Assembly: GCF_018350175.1 (NCBI RefSeq)
Contig: NC_058380.1
Coordinates: 56,420,001-56,484,000 of the forward strand
Direction of reading: 5' to 3'
Source of the DNA: Felis catus
Taxonomy: Eukaryota
Length of the DNA: 64,000 bases
Part shown: piece by piece, positions 46,215 through 59,790 of the stretch
Position numbering within the stretch: position 1 is the first letter of the stretch
Layout of the letters: each line of letters starts with the position of its first letter
The notes under the pieces: model-generated
The model's input: the letters and a program-made list of their open reading frames with translations, nothing else
Told to the model about the DNA's origin: nothing
Database searches by the model: none
Translations under genes and position numbers: made by a program

Positions 46215-47529
46215 ACAAAACCTCTTTTCTAGGAGAAAAGATTATGTTCATGTGTGTTTGTGTGTTTGTGTGTCTGTGATTATGTGTGTGAATTGTGTGT
46301 GTCTGATACGCCTCTGTGTCCATATTGTGATTATAAGATTAAATGTCTATGGTGTGTCCTCTGATGCATATGGGTGATTGACTAGGTGCCTGTGTATGTG
46401 TATGTGGGTATGGACATATGTGGGTGGGGGAGGGTGTTGGCACTTGTTTGTGTGTGGCTGTGTATTCTGGCTGCTTCAGTCTATCCATTTGTGGTTTCCA
46501 ACCTCACAGGGCCTACAGGGAGCATCTATTGCATAGGGTAAAGGGGTTAGGAGGCCCCTGGCCTGGGCTCTAAACCTCAAAGGGCCTCTAGAGGGCGTCT
46601 AGTGTATACAGAAAATGAAAATGTGTGTCTCCTGGCCTGAGGAGCCTGGGCTGTCTTGTTCCAGAAAGGAGCTGGAATTGAGCAAGAAACCAAATGACTC
46701 AGCCCCTGAAAGTCCCTGATCCTTGGGAAGGGGTCTGCTTTATACCTCATCCTTCTTCAAACCTTCTGTCGTATCCAGAGGGTCCTGGCCCAGCCAGAGG
46801 GTCAGAGCTTAGCCCTTCAGTCTCAGAGTGTGGGTAGAATGTTGCACAGGACTTCCAGAGGTGACAGGACATCAGAATGGGGAGAAGTCTTGAGCAATAG
46901 TACACCCCCCTTTCCTACCTTCTGTGCTCTGGAGCTTGAAGTAACAACATTGCCAGGGGTTCCTGAGCACCTCCTCTCCTTAATTTCCTGCACTTTGGGC
47001 TAATCCTGGCCCCAGGGTTCCTGGGCCTGGGCTGAGCTTGCTTGGGGGAAGTATAGGAAACAAGTGCTCCTGAACCCAGAGCAGAAAGTGATTTTTGTGG
47101 CTGGAGATGAAGAGCCCTGGGGCCCCAGAGAGAATGCAGAGGAGGCTGCATGAAGGAGGGATCTCTGCAGAGCCTCGAGGATGGGTGAAGCTGGAGGGAG
47201 GATATTTCAGGTAGAATAAACAACAAGTACAAAAGCTCAGAGGAGAGACAGGGGTTTGGGATTAATCCCAATGTGGGTGAGAAAGGGGAAGGGTACATGG
47301 TGACAGAGGCTATGTGTGTGTGGGTAACACCTGGGGTACTTGGGGCGCTTTCTCCTGGTGATGCCATGCCTAGTGGTCAAAGTTAATGGAAGTCCCATGT
47401 GACCTTAATCAGGCAGGACTACTAGGGGCTTGTCTTCCTTGGGCATGAAGGTTTGGGTCCCTTAGCAGTCATAGAATGTCAACCAAGTGAACTACCAGTT
47501 GGAGGTAGAGAGGGAATGAATCACAGAAG

Positions 47530-48720
47530 AAGTGTGGTGAACATAATTCTAAAATTCCTGCCCCCTGGTGTGTATGCTCCTTGCTTTGAGGTGATCCCCT
47601 TGACCTCTAGACCTGTATATGATGGGATATCATTCATGGGATTAGGTTATGATATATGGCAAAATGGAAGGATTTTGCAGATGTAATTAAGGTCCCTAAT
47701 CAGTTGACTTTGAGTTCATTGAAAGAGAGATTACCCTGGATAGGCCTGACCTAATCAGGTGATCCCTTTAAGAAAGTGTCTAGGGGCACCTGGGTGGCTC
47801 AGTCGGTTGAGTGTTGGACTCTTGATTTCGGCTCAGGTCATGATCTCACAGTTCCTGAGACTGAGTCCTGCATCAATCTCCACGCTGATAGCTGATAGTG
47901 CGGACCCTGCTTGGGATTCTCTCTCTCCTCTCTCTCTGCCCCTCCCCCTGCTCATGCTCTCTTTCTCTCTCTCAAAATAAATAAATAAACATTTTTAAAA
48001 AATGTCTAGAGGTAAGAAAAAAGCAGCAGCCTAAAGTTTTTTTTTTTTTTTTTTTTTTTTTTTAGTGTTTATTTATTTTTGAGACAGAGAGAGACAGAGT
48101 GTGAGCAGGGGAGGGGCAGAGAGAGAGACACACACACAGAATCTGAAGCAGGCTCCAGGCTCCGAGCTGTCAGCACAGAGCTTGATGCAGGGCTCAAACC
48201 CACGGACCATGAGATCATGACCTGAGCTGAAGTTGGATACTTAACCAACTGAGTCACCCAGGTGCCCCAGCCTTAAAATTTTTTTAAAAGGTGTGCCTGG
48301 CTGTCTCAGTTGGTAGAGCATGTGATTCTTGATCTCAGGGTCATGAGATCAAGCCCCACATGTAGCATAGAGTTTACTTTAAAAAAGAAAAGAAATAAGC
48401 ATCAGCAAATGCTCTCAGATTGGCTTTGAAGAAGCAAACTACAATGTTGTAGACAGAGCCATGTGGCAGGCAGCTATAGGAACTCAGGGCCTCAGTTCTA
48501 CAAGCACAACTGCCAATATTTTGTGAGTTTGAAAGAGGACTCTGAATCTGAAATGAATTTGCAGCCCTGGCTGACACCTAAGTTCAGTCTGGTGAGACCC
48601 TGAGCAGAAGACCCAGTCAACATTTACCTGAACTATTGATCCCCAGAAACGGTGAGATAAGAAATTTGGATTTGCTAAATTTGTGGTGATTTGTCACACA
48701 GCAATAGAAAACTAGTATGA
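47530..48720. mobile_element. MaLR (MLT1-like) LTR interrupted by three Can-SINEs (47783-48002 +, 48036-48268 -, 48290-48392 +)
   Basis: gattttgcagatgtaattaaggtccctaatcagttgactttgag...tttgtggtgatttgtcacacagcaatagaaaacta. Confidence 0.75.
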
Positions 48721-48879
48721 GAAGGAAGTACATAATAAATGCTAATTAAGCCTCAGGGCTAGCTTCAGAACTACTGACTATAGCATTTAACCATATTTTT
48801 CTCCTGGTTTTGAAATGTCCCCATTTCTTTAACTGACTCCCCTTTTCTTTCATCCTCATTTAATCCATTCTTGAAGATA

Positions 48880-49260
48880 GATTGTTGTGGTGATTTATTT
48901 CTCTTCCTGGCAGTTGCTCCCTTAAAGTTAAGCATGGTTGTATGACCCACTTTGGCCAATGAAATGTGTATAGAAATGGCATGTGTCATTTGTAGATAGA
49001 AGTGTTTAAACAAGAGTTCCCCTGACTGTTTTTCCTGGCTGCAGTGATCATGGAAACATGTGTTGAGATGAAGAAGCATGCTGAGAGATCAAGGCAGTCT
49101 GGAATGTTGAACTACCACATGGAACACAGCTGTGCTAAAGTCCCGCCTAGACCCACAGCAGGCTTGATATGCATGGGGAATAGAATTTTGTTGTGTTAAG
49201 GTACTCAGATTTGGTGTCATTTGTTATTTCAGCATAATCCAGCCTATCCTTGACCAATCA
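48880..49260. mobile_element. MaLR LTR relic
   Basis: tttggccaatgaaatgt...ttttgttgtgttaagg...ttgttatttcagcataatccagcctatcct. Confidence 0.6.
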
Positions 49261-49369
49261 GGTGTGTTGGTGGTGGTTACAAGGTTTTGTAGAATAGAGA
49301 TGATATAATAACAAACTAGAAGAAGAATGGATGCCACCCTGAGATCTTGGATTTAGAATTGGATTTTTT

Positions 49370-50180
49370 GCTATGGGCTGAATTGTATCCCCTGAAAATT
49401 CATATGTTGAAGCCCTAAACCTCAGACTATATCTGGAGATAGAGTCTTTAGGAAGTAATTTAAGTTAAATGAGGTCAAAGGGTAGGACCTTAATCTGATA
49501 GGACTTTGGCCTTATAAGAAGAGAAAGAGAGGGGCACCTGGCTGGCTCAGTTTGTTGGGCGTCTGACTCTTGATTTCAGCTCAGGTCATGATCTCATGGT
49601 TTGTGGGTTTGAGCCCTGTGACAGTGTGGAGTCTGCTTGGAATTTTCTACCCACCCCGCATCTCCCCCATGCACACACACACACTCTCTCAAAGTGTATA
49701 AATAAGCTTTAAAAAAATTAAAAAAAAAAAGAGAGAAGAAAAAGAGAGATCTCTCTGTCATGGGACATAGTGAGAAGGTAGTCATCTGCAAGATAGGTAG
49801 AGAGGTCTCACCAGCTCTCAACAGAAATTGACTATGCTGGCACCTTGATCTTGAACTTGTAACCTATAGAACTATGAGAAAATAAATGTCAACTGATTAA
49901 GCCACCCAGACTATGATATTTTATTATATAAGACCAAGCTAGGGGCGCCTGGGTGGCGCAGTCGGCTAAGCGTCCGACTTCAGCCAGGTCACGATCTTGC
50001 GGTCCGTGAGTTCGAGCCCCGCATCGGGCTCTGGGCTGATGGCTCAGAGCCTGGAGCCTGTTTCCGATTCTGTGTCTCCCTCTCTCTCTGCCCCTCCCCC
50101 GTTCATGCTCTGTCTCTCTCTGTCCCAAAAATACATAAACGTTGAAAAAAAAATTTATAAGACCAAGCTAAATAAGACAG
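49370..50180. mobile_element. MaLR (MLT1A-like) LTR with Can-SINEs at 49531-49740 and 49942-50152
   Basis: tgctatgggctgaattgtatcccc...tcatatgttgaagccctaa. The young SINE at 49942 has TSD tataagaccaagcta. Confidence 0.8.
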
Positions 50181-52989
50181 ATGTGGTAATTGCTAAAGCT
50201 CTAAACAGTGTCTCTTTGGAGAGGGGTGAAGTTTTTTGGTTGTGTGAGCAAAAGAGATATTATATTAGATGATACCCTTAAATTTTTAAGAAGGCTAGGG
50301 TTTTGGACAAATGGTGTATGTTGATGTTGGATAGCCAGAGGATAGACTATAGAGGTATTTATCATTGTTTTCACTGCCCACAACCTTAACTCCTTCCTAT
50401 ATGTGAGGAATTTCCCATTGTATTAGTCTTAGTTAACCAATAGTTACTTTCCATCATATAATACCCAAAGGTCACATTCTAATTCTTCTAGCCCCCTTGG
50501 GCAAATGACTTAGGCTTAGCCAATTAGAAAAACCTTACCAAGATTGTGAATAGGAAGATAGTAGTGATGCAAAGGAGCAGGAGTAGTAGAGAATATATTT
50601 TGATAGTGGTCGGAATGGTGGCAGAGGTGATGTGTGTTTTCCAGGGGCACTGTAGCTGTGATTCCAGATGTAGAACCTGGCAAGCTGATCACCAGATACT
50701 CGTGGGGCTTGAAGTAACAGTACAAATGAAGGCCAACATACCGTGTATCTAAATATTTAAAAGTTATAAATCAAATAAAAATATACCTTTCTTACTGCCT
50801 TGAAAAATATGCTTTTAGAGCATCTTGAAGGTCAGGTTCAAATTTAGAATTCTTAGACTCCTTGGAGTTCCATGATGGAATGAGGTGATAAGGGGAGCTT
50901 ACTTCAGTGCTCTACTTGTCCTCCTCCTTTTCCTACCCTCAGTTATATGCTGTACCACAAAGAGCCTCATGTGCCTGGTGTAGACATTCTAGCCCCATAC
51001 ATACAAGCTCCTTCCATGTTCCCTGGAAATAGCTACCTCTTGGCAACTCTCTGGATGCAGAGAGTGATGCAGTCCATTCTAGGAAGGATGGCTCTGTGGA
51101 AGAGGACTGCCTGACTGTGGAAGCTGCTTGGGACTACTTGGGCAGGGAATTCTCTAGTTTTCAGTTCCTGAAATGTGATCTAGAAGGAGAAGCACAAGCT
51201 ACAGGTCAGCATGTCTCCTTATTCCTGTGTCCTCTGTGTCCTGTGTCCAGAGATATGACTGGAGGAGAGCCAGAGTAGAGCCCTCTGAAACATGGAATGC
51301 AGGGCAGGGGCTCCAGTTGTCTGGACATAAGGGTGGTACTGGAATTTGGTATCCCCTTCTGGGGATGCTGTCCTGGAGGGATGTCTGGACTATCCTGGTT
51401 CTATTGCAAGCTTTGCAAATGGTTCTGGCTGCTCAGCCTTCCTTAGTCATCTATTTTCTACAACTTCCTATGGTCTTTTCAATAAATTACTTTTCTGTTT
51501 AAATCAGCTAGTGAGTTTCAATAGCTTGCAAGTAAGAATCTTTATTAATACATTTGTATATTTGCCTTTTTTGGTGTGGTGTGCAGGTACTGTAACCTTT
51601 GTTAGAGGATTTCTTCAGCTTCATGAAGCCCAAGACCATATCTGTCTTGTTCACCTAGAACGGTGCCTGTTAAGAATAAATGTTCTGGGTTCCAGTGATG
51701 TGGCATCACTTTAGACACAATGATTTGCCAAGCTAGGACCCTATGTCATGGTAGCCCTTAAACTATGGGGAGTCCTACACTAACAGATATTTTGACACTT
51801 AGGGCTGCCATGCCAAGAGGTTCCATTTACTTAGACTACAGGGAAAATGGTGTCCCTGGAGTTGTACAATGTGGATGTCCTGCACTGTACATCCTGAACA
51901 CCAGGCCTGGTGTTCCTGACAGTGATAGACTTCCCTGAGAGGAATAGTGACCTTATAGTAATGGGGGACTTTGACATTCATGGGGGTTCTGTCAGCAATG
52001 GGGACATTATTAGGTATTGAGATGTCCTATCAGTAGGTGTTCTTGGATTGATGGAAGGCTTTTAAAGTGTTGGGCCCCTGGAAGGAAGGGGTGGTTTCTT
52101 CTTGGAGGACGCTCCTTGAAATGATGATCTGACAGGTATGAGATCAGCAAGATGATTGAGGTTTTGATGGTGATGGGTCCAGATTTCCAGGGACTGTGAT
52201 TCTGAGAACCAGAGCCCTGGGGGATCCGGTTGTCCTGGTAGGGCATTGTGGAAGCTGCTGGAGTTCAAACCATCCCACTTCTGCTGTGTTGGAGCCCAGG
52301 AAATCTCACATCTTGTGCCTCCCCACAGGATCCATGGAAGACTAGAAGTTCCTAGGAACAGGAGTAGGGCCTCCTCCCCTGTCCTGCCTGATCCTGGCCC
52401 CTCAGAAGATGGACATGGCCCTTAGATGCCAGTCCTTCTGGAATCTGATCCCACCCCTGTGGTCCCCAGATGCTCTGCTCTGTGGAGGTTCCCTCCAGAA
52501 CCTGGCTGGCTCAGAAGCCTGGCCCCATCCCTTCTAGGAGCCTTGCCCACAGCACCCCAATGTCTGGCCCCTACTTTTTGGGATCCCAGGTCCTACCCTT
52601 CTATTCCTCTTTTCCTTTTAACGTCACCTGGTCTTGGCCTCTGATACTCCCCTGGGAATGGAGTTAAGAATGTGGGCATATTTGTAGCCTGATCCCCATC
52701 TCCACTGCTCCACTTTGGGAAAACTGAGGCTTGAATAGACCTGGAGAGCTGTGCTTATTACCTCCTGGAAGCTTTGGGGAAGCTAACTTCCCTTTAGCTG
52801 GAGAGCCCAGGAGGCTAGAAGCCCTCCAGGCGGCATCTCTGTGTCTGGGCTCAAGCACTGATGTCCTGTCTGAGCCTCCAGCTTCTCCTCTGTTTTTTTT
52901 CCTAGCTTTTCCTAGCAAGGCAAGCCTTTCTACCCCAACTGAACATCTCAGCCCTCAGCCCAAGTGCTACCCCTCAAGCAGTCTTGGGG

Positions 52990-53430
52990 TGCAATCTCAG
53001 CTCTGCCACTCACTAGTTGAGTGAACTTGGTAGTTTACACTACCTCTCTGGGCCTCAATTTCTTCATATAAAATGGGACTAGTGATCTCCATCTCATAGG
53101 GTTGCTAGAGGATGCAATGATATAATGCACATAAAGGACTCAGCTTGGAGCCTGGCATGTGATTAGCACCCCAAAGTAATGACTTTCCCTGTTCCCCGAG
53201 GGTCACTTCCTCAGACCTGGCCTTGCTGTATTGTTTCCCACTTTTATTTAGGAAATGGGTCAACTCAGAGAGGTGGTATGTGTTGTAGCTAAGAGTACAG
53301 ATTCTGGAGCGAAACTGCCCAGCTAAGACCCCCCCCCCCCCAACACTTCACTATCTGTCCAGCCTGGGCAAGCTACTTAACTTCTGTACCTCAGTTTCCT
53401 CAGCTGTAACATAAGAATGATACTAGTACT
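52990..53430 (+). mobile_element. Two MIR relics
   Basis: ctctctgggcctcaatttcttcatataaaatggg and ctgtacctcagtttcctcagctgtaac. Confidence 0.7.
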
Positions 53431-56179
53431 TAAAGCAGTGCCCAGCACTAGTGGTGAAATAGCTGGTATTACAGAGCCATGTCCTTCCATGTGGACAAGT
53501 CTCAGGGACCACTGAGGAAGTTCTCTGATCAGAGAAATGCTGGCTTATTCTTACAGAGGGGTTCTTAGAGGAAATTCCCCCACTTGGGAGTCCTGCTCCT
53601 TTGTGAGACTGTGATTTCCAAGATTTTCTGGCTGGTTCAAAGTTTCCCGGAGACCAGAAAAGGGGGGGGGTTGGGGGTGGGGGCTTACCAAGAAATTGAA
53701 CATGAGCTGATGAAAGTATGATCAAAACCGTATGGGGCTGGCTCTTACCAAACACTTACCCATGCAACAGAGACAACCCCCATGTCTTGAGAACTGGATG
53801 TGCTCCAGGTATGAGTGGGATGGGGTATTGTGGGAAAGGGCCATTTTCAGTTACATTTTTTGTTAATCAAAAGAGTACTGGGCCTTGTTCTGTGCCAGCC
53901 CCTGAGCAGAACAATATTGACAGTTGAGATCAACAGGTCCAATCCCTTTTCCTGGGAACTCTATCAATAGACAGGACAGAGAGCTTTTTGTCCATCATGT
54001 AGATGGGAGCTGGGGAGCTCTCTGAGCAGGGATGTCAGGTCCCTTTAGGGAGATGTTGTTTGCTAGGGCCATAGGCCTTCAGGGTAGGGGGCTTTCACTT
54101 GCTGCTGACCTTAAACCTGTAGCAGGTGCCATGGGTCCTAGACAGGAGGGTGTCTATCTAGAGCCAGGCAGTAAGGCCCCTGTCTTCTGGTTGAGGAGCT
54201 GGAAGTCCATACTATCCCTTGGAGAAGCTAGAAGCCTCATCATTGTCAGGTAGTCTTCTGGCCTGCCATGACTTGGCAAAATGACATAACACTTGTGGGT
54301 AAATCATAGTGAAACAGGGAGCAGGTGTGAACAGATAAAGTCACAATGCTGAGAATATTTGAGTGGGGAAGGACAAGTCTCAGATTGCTGGGCTAAGAGC
54401 AATCTCCTGTATCTGGCAGGAGATAAGAGGATAAGACCTAGTGCCCAGGAGGGGCTGGTGGCTGGGGAAGAGAAGGCATTGGCTGGAGAAAGGTTGGGGA
54501 GGGCTGCATCCCTGCTCCCTGTGGTACTCTAGTGTTCACCCCCTCAGACTTCCTTGAAATTCCTCACTCACCAGGCCTCCAGGGTGTGGCAAGAGGCTGT
54601 TCAATCCAAGCTCCTTCACTAGCTCCTGAATTATTTTCTCTCTTCCTGAATCTCAGCTTCTTCTTTGTTCCCAGAGGGTATCCCTTGGGACCCAAGAAGT
54701 AGGGACATTTCTGAATGTGCATGACTTTGCAGGGGGAGGCTATGTGAATGCTGCGGTTTTAGCTTGAGACCCAAAGATGCATGAGTCAAATCTTTGGAGG
54801 GACTCTTAAAAATTAGGTTCCCCTCCTTGTACACCTGACTTATGGGGGAACTAAGGTGTTGGAGATGGGGAGTAAGGAAGGGACTTGATTGGAGTGGTAC
54901 AATGAAGTGCAGAAGTAGGATTGGGGGCTGGGCACTGAGTTCAGGACTTGTTCCTGTCCCCCTCCGTCCATCTCCCAGTGGCAGTATCAGGGAGGTAGTG
55001 TTCAAGGGGCTCTGTAATTGTAGCATTTCCCTCAGGGCTCCCTCCCTCACTTCCCCTACTTTATCTGGGTTTCTCTCCTGAGAGTCCAGAGGGAGGTTTT
55101 GTGTCTGCCTCTGTGGCAGGCTGACCTCCACTTGGCTTCACTGGAAACTGAGAAGGATTTGAGGCAATGTGCTCCCTTCACACCTGTGTTTGTCCTTTGC
55201 CTGCTGGAGAGCAGGGCACAGGGTTCAAAAGGTGTCTATAGCTGGGACCTCTGGAGCTCCATGGTTGACTGCCTTAATGAATGGATGGGTAGATGGGTTG
55301 ATGGATGGATGGCAGTCTAATGGATGCAGAGACAGCTAAATGGATGGATGCATGGGTGCATGGATTGGATGAGTAATTTCTTCCAGGCATCACAGCCAAA
55401 TTTCCCAGCCATAGCAGTTGTTTTTGCAAATTATCCCCATCCCACCCATTCCTTGTGACTCTAAGACCTGGGATATCTGAGGTTTTGAATACCTACTTCT
55501 GGAAGCAGAGGGCAGGAAGAAGTTGCTATGATTTCAGCTCAGTGTGGAGGGGCTGGCACAATCCCCTCACCACTGCTCCCCTTTCCAGGCTGCCCAGGCC
55601 TGGTTTTGTTGCCAGATGAGGAATATCTGGTACAGTGATCACCCTTCTTCTCAGGTGATGATGCTCAGTCCATTGTCATAGCTACCATCCAACCTCAGCA
55701 TCACAGACTTGCTGCTCTCAGTGGGACAGTCCCTTAGAGGCCATAGTTGGAGACCAGCAGCTTCCTCAGGGGACATCGCAAGCAGAGGGGTTCATTCCTC
55801 CCAGAGCAGCCCTGTAGTATGCTCCAAGAGTCACAGGGCTTTCATCTCTCAAAGAAGAGACTCCTTTATAACTCCCTGGTCTTAGTGTTGCCTTGGACCT
55901 GGTGCCCACATGGGCTGTAGAGATAGTGGTGGATTCCTCCATGCTGAATCTCCCTAGCTCCCTGGCTACTCCTTCTTCCACTTGCTGGGCCCTTTCCCAT
56001 TCTGACTTCTGGCTCCCAGGTCTATCTATCCCACACTACCAGATAAGTGTGGCCCCAGGATTGCTCAAACGGGGCTGGTCCTGGCCCAGCCTGACTGAGT
56101 GAGAGAGGAAGGCTGGCCTGAAAGTCAGATTCTGTATGGGCATATGGACACTCACTGCTGGCTGTTGAGCCTTTCCTCA

Positions 56180-56520
56180 CATATTTATTCATTTTCTAGA
56201 CAAATATTTATTGAGTGACTATTTTGTGCCAGGCAGTATACTGGACACCAGGGAGACAGTGGAAACCAAAATAGGCATCATCCCTATCCAGGAAGGCTGA
56301 CAAACTATCAGTTATAACTCAGTGTGATGAGTACTGCAAGGGGAGAGGAGCAGGGCTCTCTGAAGACTTGGGATGAAGGGAGGCTACCCAACCCAGCCTA
56401 GAGTCAAGGAAGGCCTCATGGAGAAAGAGTCATTAAGAACCAGATGGGAAGGTAGGTGAGCCAATGAGAGAGAAGAGTGTTCCTGACAGAGGGAATGGCA
56501 TGGCTGTTTGGGTACTTTCC
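56180..56520 (-). mobile_element. L2 relic
   Basis: attcatt...caaatatttattgagtgactattttgtgccaggca. Confidence 0.7.
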
Positions 56521-56911
56521 CCCCAGATAGTAGAGCTGGGCCTCTTCCTGCCCCTGGCCATGAGAACTGGTTCTTGATAAGTCCCTTCCCACCCTGGTGA
56601 AACCTGATCCCTGAGACATCTGGATACTTTGCCTTGGAGAGCAAAGACTGGGAGGCGTGAAAGAGTTTGGCTCAATCATTGAACAGACACAAGTTTGAGT
56701 GTCACAGGGCTGTGAAGAGACATGAGGTGGGGGCCCTGATTGTGGGAGTTGATCCTGAAAACCCAAGGTATTAAGTAGGAGTCCATGAGAAGATTGCTTA
56801 GGTTGCAGAGTGAAAATTAGATCTTGCCATTCCATCTCCCTATTTCCTATCCTGGTCCTCTTGGACAGAAAACAAACAGCAAACAGACAGATCCATGGGT
56901 ACCAGTTGGGC

Positions 56912-56917
56912 TTTATT
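56912..56917 (-). terminator. CCL19 polyadenylation signal AATAAA
   Basis: tttatt on +, about 225 nt past the stop codon. Confidence 0.8.
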
Positions 56918-57142
56918 GGAAGCATTGCAGTCTGGGTGTGGAGGAGAAGCCGTGCTCCTGCCACACTCATGCCTGCTCACACTCACACTCACATTGACAC
57001 TGCAGGCCCTGTCCCAGCTGGGTCAGGTCTGGTACAGAGTTGCTGGAGGCCTGATCCTCCCTTTTGGTCCTTGGTTCCCCAGGGCTGCAGTGATTCATAT
57101 CCCCTCACTCAGACACAGGGCTCCCTCTGGGGCTCTCATGGG

Positions 57143-58480
57143 TTAACTGCTGTGGCGCTTATTCTAGGGGAGGAAGAAGAGTCAAGGTCATGGGCTGGGG
57201 TCTTGGGCAAGGACTCTGAGGGAGGAGGCAGGGCTGGGGAGGGCTGGGCTTGCCTTTGCAGTGTTCTTCTGCAGTCTCCGGATGATGCGGTCCACCCAGG
57301 GCTGGTCTGGGGGTGCACAGAGCTGGTGACCTCTCAGTGTGGTGAACCTAGAGTCACAGGTCAGTTATCAGAAACAGTGGAGCCCTGGAACCCAGATCTC
57401 TGGTAGGCCCTGGTGTGAGGGGCAGGAAGATGTGGGAACCACCTCTGGGAACCAGTTTCAGGTGCTTACTTGAAGAGGTTGGGCTTGGCAAGGAGAAGAG
57501 AGATAAGATGGTGGGGGTATTACCAATGGCTGATGGGGGAGAGGAGGCTGAGGCTAGACAAGTCCCTCCCCACAACTCACACGACAGCAGGCACTCTACA
57601 GCCATCCTTGATGAGGAGGTAATGAAAGGCCCGCACGATATTCCCAGGGATGGGGCGCTGGGTTACAGACAGGCAGCAGTCTTCAGCATCGTTGGCACCA
57701 CCCAGAGCTGGGATATGGGAAAGAAAGTAGTGTCAGGGCATAGGGACCCTGAGGAAGGGAGGCTGTAGATAGCCCTAACTGAGGTTAAGGACACACGTCT
57801 GTGTGTGTAGGCAGCTAAATCAGTTATTCAGCTGGTATATATCAATATGGCCCTAGTGGTTGCTAAATATATTGAAGTACTTCTAAGCTGTTTGGTAAAC
57901 AACCACTGCCCTAGGCCTCATAAATGCCTTTCTGCTGCCCTGATCATCCCAACTTCTCTCCCAGGACCTCTCAACTGCTGCATCAATGAAGAGTTGATGC
58001 TGTTCACAGCACGGGGGTGGGGAGGGGAGGTGGGGAGTCGGGGGTGGGGAGTAGCAGGAGGCTGGGGTTAGAGGACTTATGAATTGTTAAATATTTTGAC
58101 TACTAGCCCTGTCTCCCATTTTCTCTCCTGTAAGCAAATATATACTATTTTCTCCTGTCTGGGAAACTGAGGCAACAGGAAACAGGCTGCAGAGAGAAGG
58201 TAGCCATAGGCCTTGGGATACACCAAGAGACGGACAAACATTGGAATTCAGGGGCCCAGGCACTCACAGGCACACACACAGGCACACACACAGTCACACA
58301 CACAGTGTTCAAGGAACCTCCGGATTCACCCAAACATGGAGACCTAATTCAGTGTCCCCACATCCAGCATCAAATAGTCTGACATTTAGACACCCCCACC
58401 CCCTGTCCCCAGGGCTTACCAGGAGAGGTCCAGAGAATCAGCAGGCTGAGGGTCAGTAGTGCAGCTGCAGGGGATGCCAT
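57143..58480 (-). CDS. CCL19: C-C motif chemokine 19 (ELC/MIP-3beta), 100 aa, 4 exons
   Basis: Exons 58420-58480, 57581-57707, 57254-57347 and 57143-57163 (303 nt). MASPAAALLTLSLLILWTSPALGGANDAEDCCLSVTQRPIPGNIVRAFHYLLIKDGCRVPAVVFTTLRGHQLCAPPDQPWVDRIIRRLQKNTAKNKRHSS*. Intron 3 is GC-AG. Confidence 0.97.
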
Positions 58481-58674
58481 GGAGGGTGAACAGAGGCAGA
58501 CCAGCAGTGAGCAGGAGTACGGGTGAATCTCTGGGTGTGTGCAAGAGTCTGTGTGACACTGAAAGTTGGCTGGGAGTGGGAGGGAGCAATGGGAAGTGCA
58601 CAGGAGTCCTTGTGGGATGTGAGGGGGTCTGGGAATGTGAGTGCGAAAGCCTGTGTGAGGCTGCGACTGCCTCC

Positions 58675-58745
58675 TATTTATGGCTTGGAACTTTCACTTT
58701 CCCTGCTCAGAAATTCCCCTCCACATCCATTCCGTGGATTCCCCT
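58675..58745 (-). promoter_or_regulatory. CCL19 core promoter: TATA-like box, ISRE and two NF-kB-like sites
   Basis: On the - strand: ATAAATA at 58675-58681, GAAAGTGAAAG at 58691-58701, GGGGAATTTC at 58710-58719 and GGGGAATCC at 58736-58744. Confidence 0.75.
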
Positions 58746-59611
58746 CTGCCCCCCTTTTTCTGACGGAACCTGACCCTGCCCTCCCTTTTCCCGCCTCAGT
58801 AGCTTCCCTGCTCTTCTGCTTTCTTTGGCTTCATCTCGGAGAAACTAAGCAGTCTGCCGTCTCGCCAAGAGAAGGGACCTTGCAATGTCAGCTCCAGATA
58901 GAGGTTCTCCATTATTGCATCAGTGGCATTTGCATCATTAACCATGGCTTTCAGTGGTGATAGTCAGGATTGGGGTGGGGAGTTGCATACCCTTCCCTAG
59001 CCTTATCCCTCATTTTCACTCTTGTCTCTGTGGTTATTCTCTCTGCTATGGGTGGTGGTGAGGAATGCTTCTCTGGTGCTCTCAGAACAACCATGGAGCC
59101 TGGGGTAGCCTCCTAGTGCCTGCCCATCCATTATCTGGGAACCAGTCCCTTCCTTGGGACAAGTATAGTTGAAAGAGAATTTCCTTGGGAGGATGCCCAG
59201 CACCTATCCCACATCTCAGGCCTCTGGGATTTAACTTCCTGGCTCAGCCAGCACTGCCCTTTTCTCTTTTACCATGTTCAGATGTTTAACACTTGGGTCA
59301 ACAGAACAGCTGGAGGGATGCTGGCCTGGAATAGCCCCCTTCATCTTTCCCCTCCTCTCAATCCTGGGAACCAAGAGGGGATTTTTAGGGAGAGGTACTG
59401 GTCAGCTCATATTCAGACAATCCCCAAATTTCAAGGAATCAACAGATGGAGCAGGGGACAAGTGATTTCCCATCTTTATGAGAAAGGCCAGAGATAGATG
59501 AGAAGAGAAGGACTCAAAAGGGAAATTAATATGGGAACACCCATTCAAAGATCCCACTGAAGTTTTAGACCCTCTTTTGGATTGGGGAGGTGTTTTCCTC
59601 ATAAGTTTCTA

Positions 59612-59790
59612 ATACATTAGTATATAATATTAGTATTACATTAGTAATAATAATAGTAACATATACATTAGTATATAATATTAATAATAGTAATATTATA
59701 ATAATATTAATAGTAATAGTAATAATAATAATAGTAACATATACATTAGTATATAATATTAGTATTACATTAGTAATAATAATAGTAACA
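59612..59790. repeat. AT-rich higher-order tandem repeat
   Basis: Unit atacattagtatataatattagtattacattagtaataataatagtaaca occurs twice exactly, flanking a variant middle copy. Confidence 0.85.

Noticed and set aside
51900-52360. Unique-looking segment with 68-78 aa ORFs on the - strand
   Set aside because: No recognisable homology or convincing exon chain. It cannot be supported without a search.
56810-57406. 198-aa + strand ORF
   Set aside because: Antisense to CCL19 exons and UTR, starts at a non-ATG codon, and is not preserved as one frame in the duplicate.
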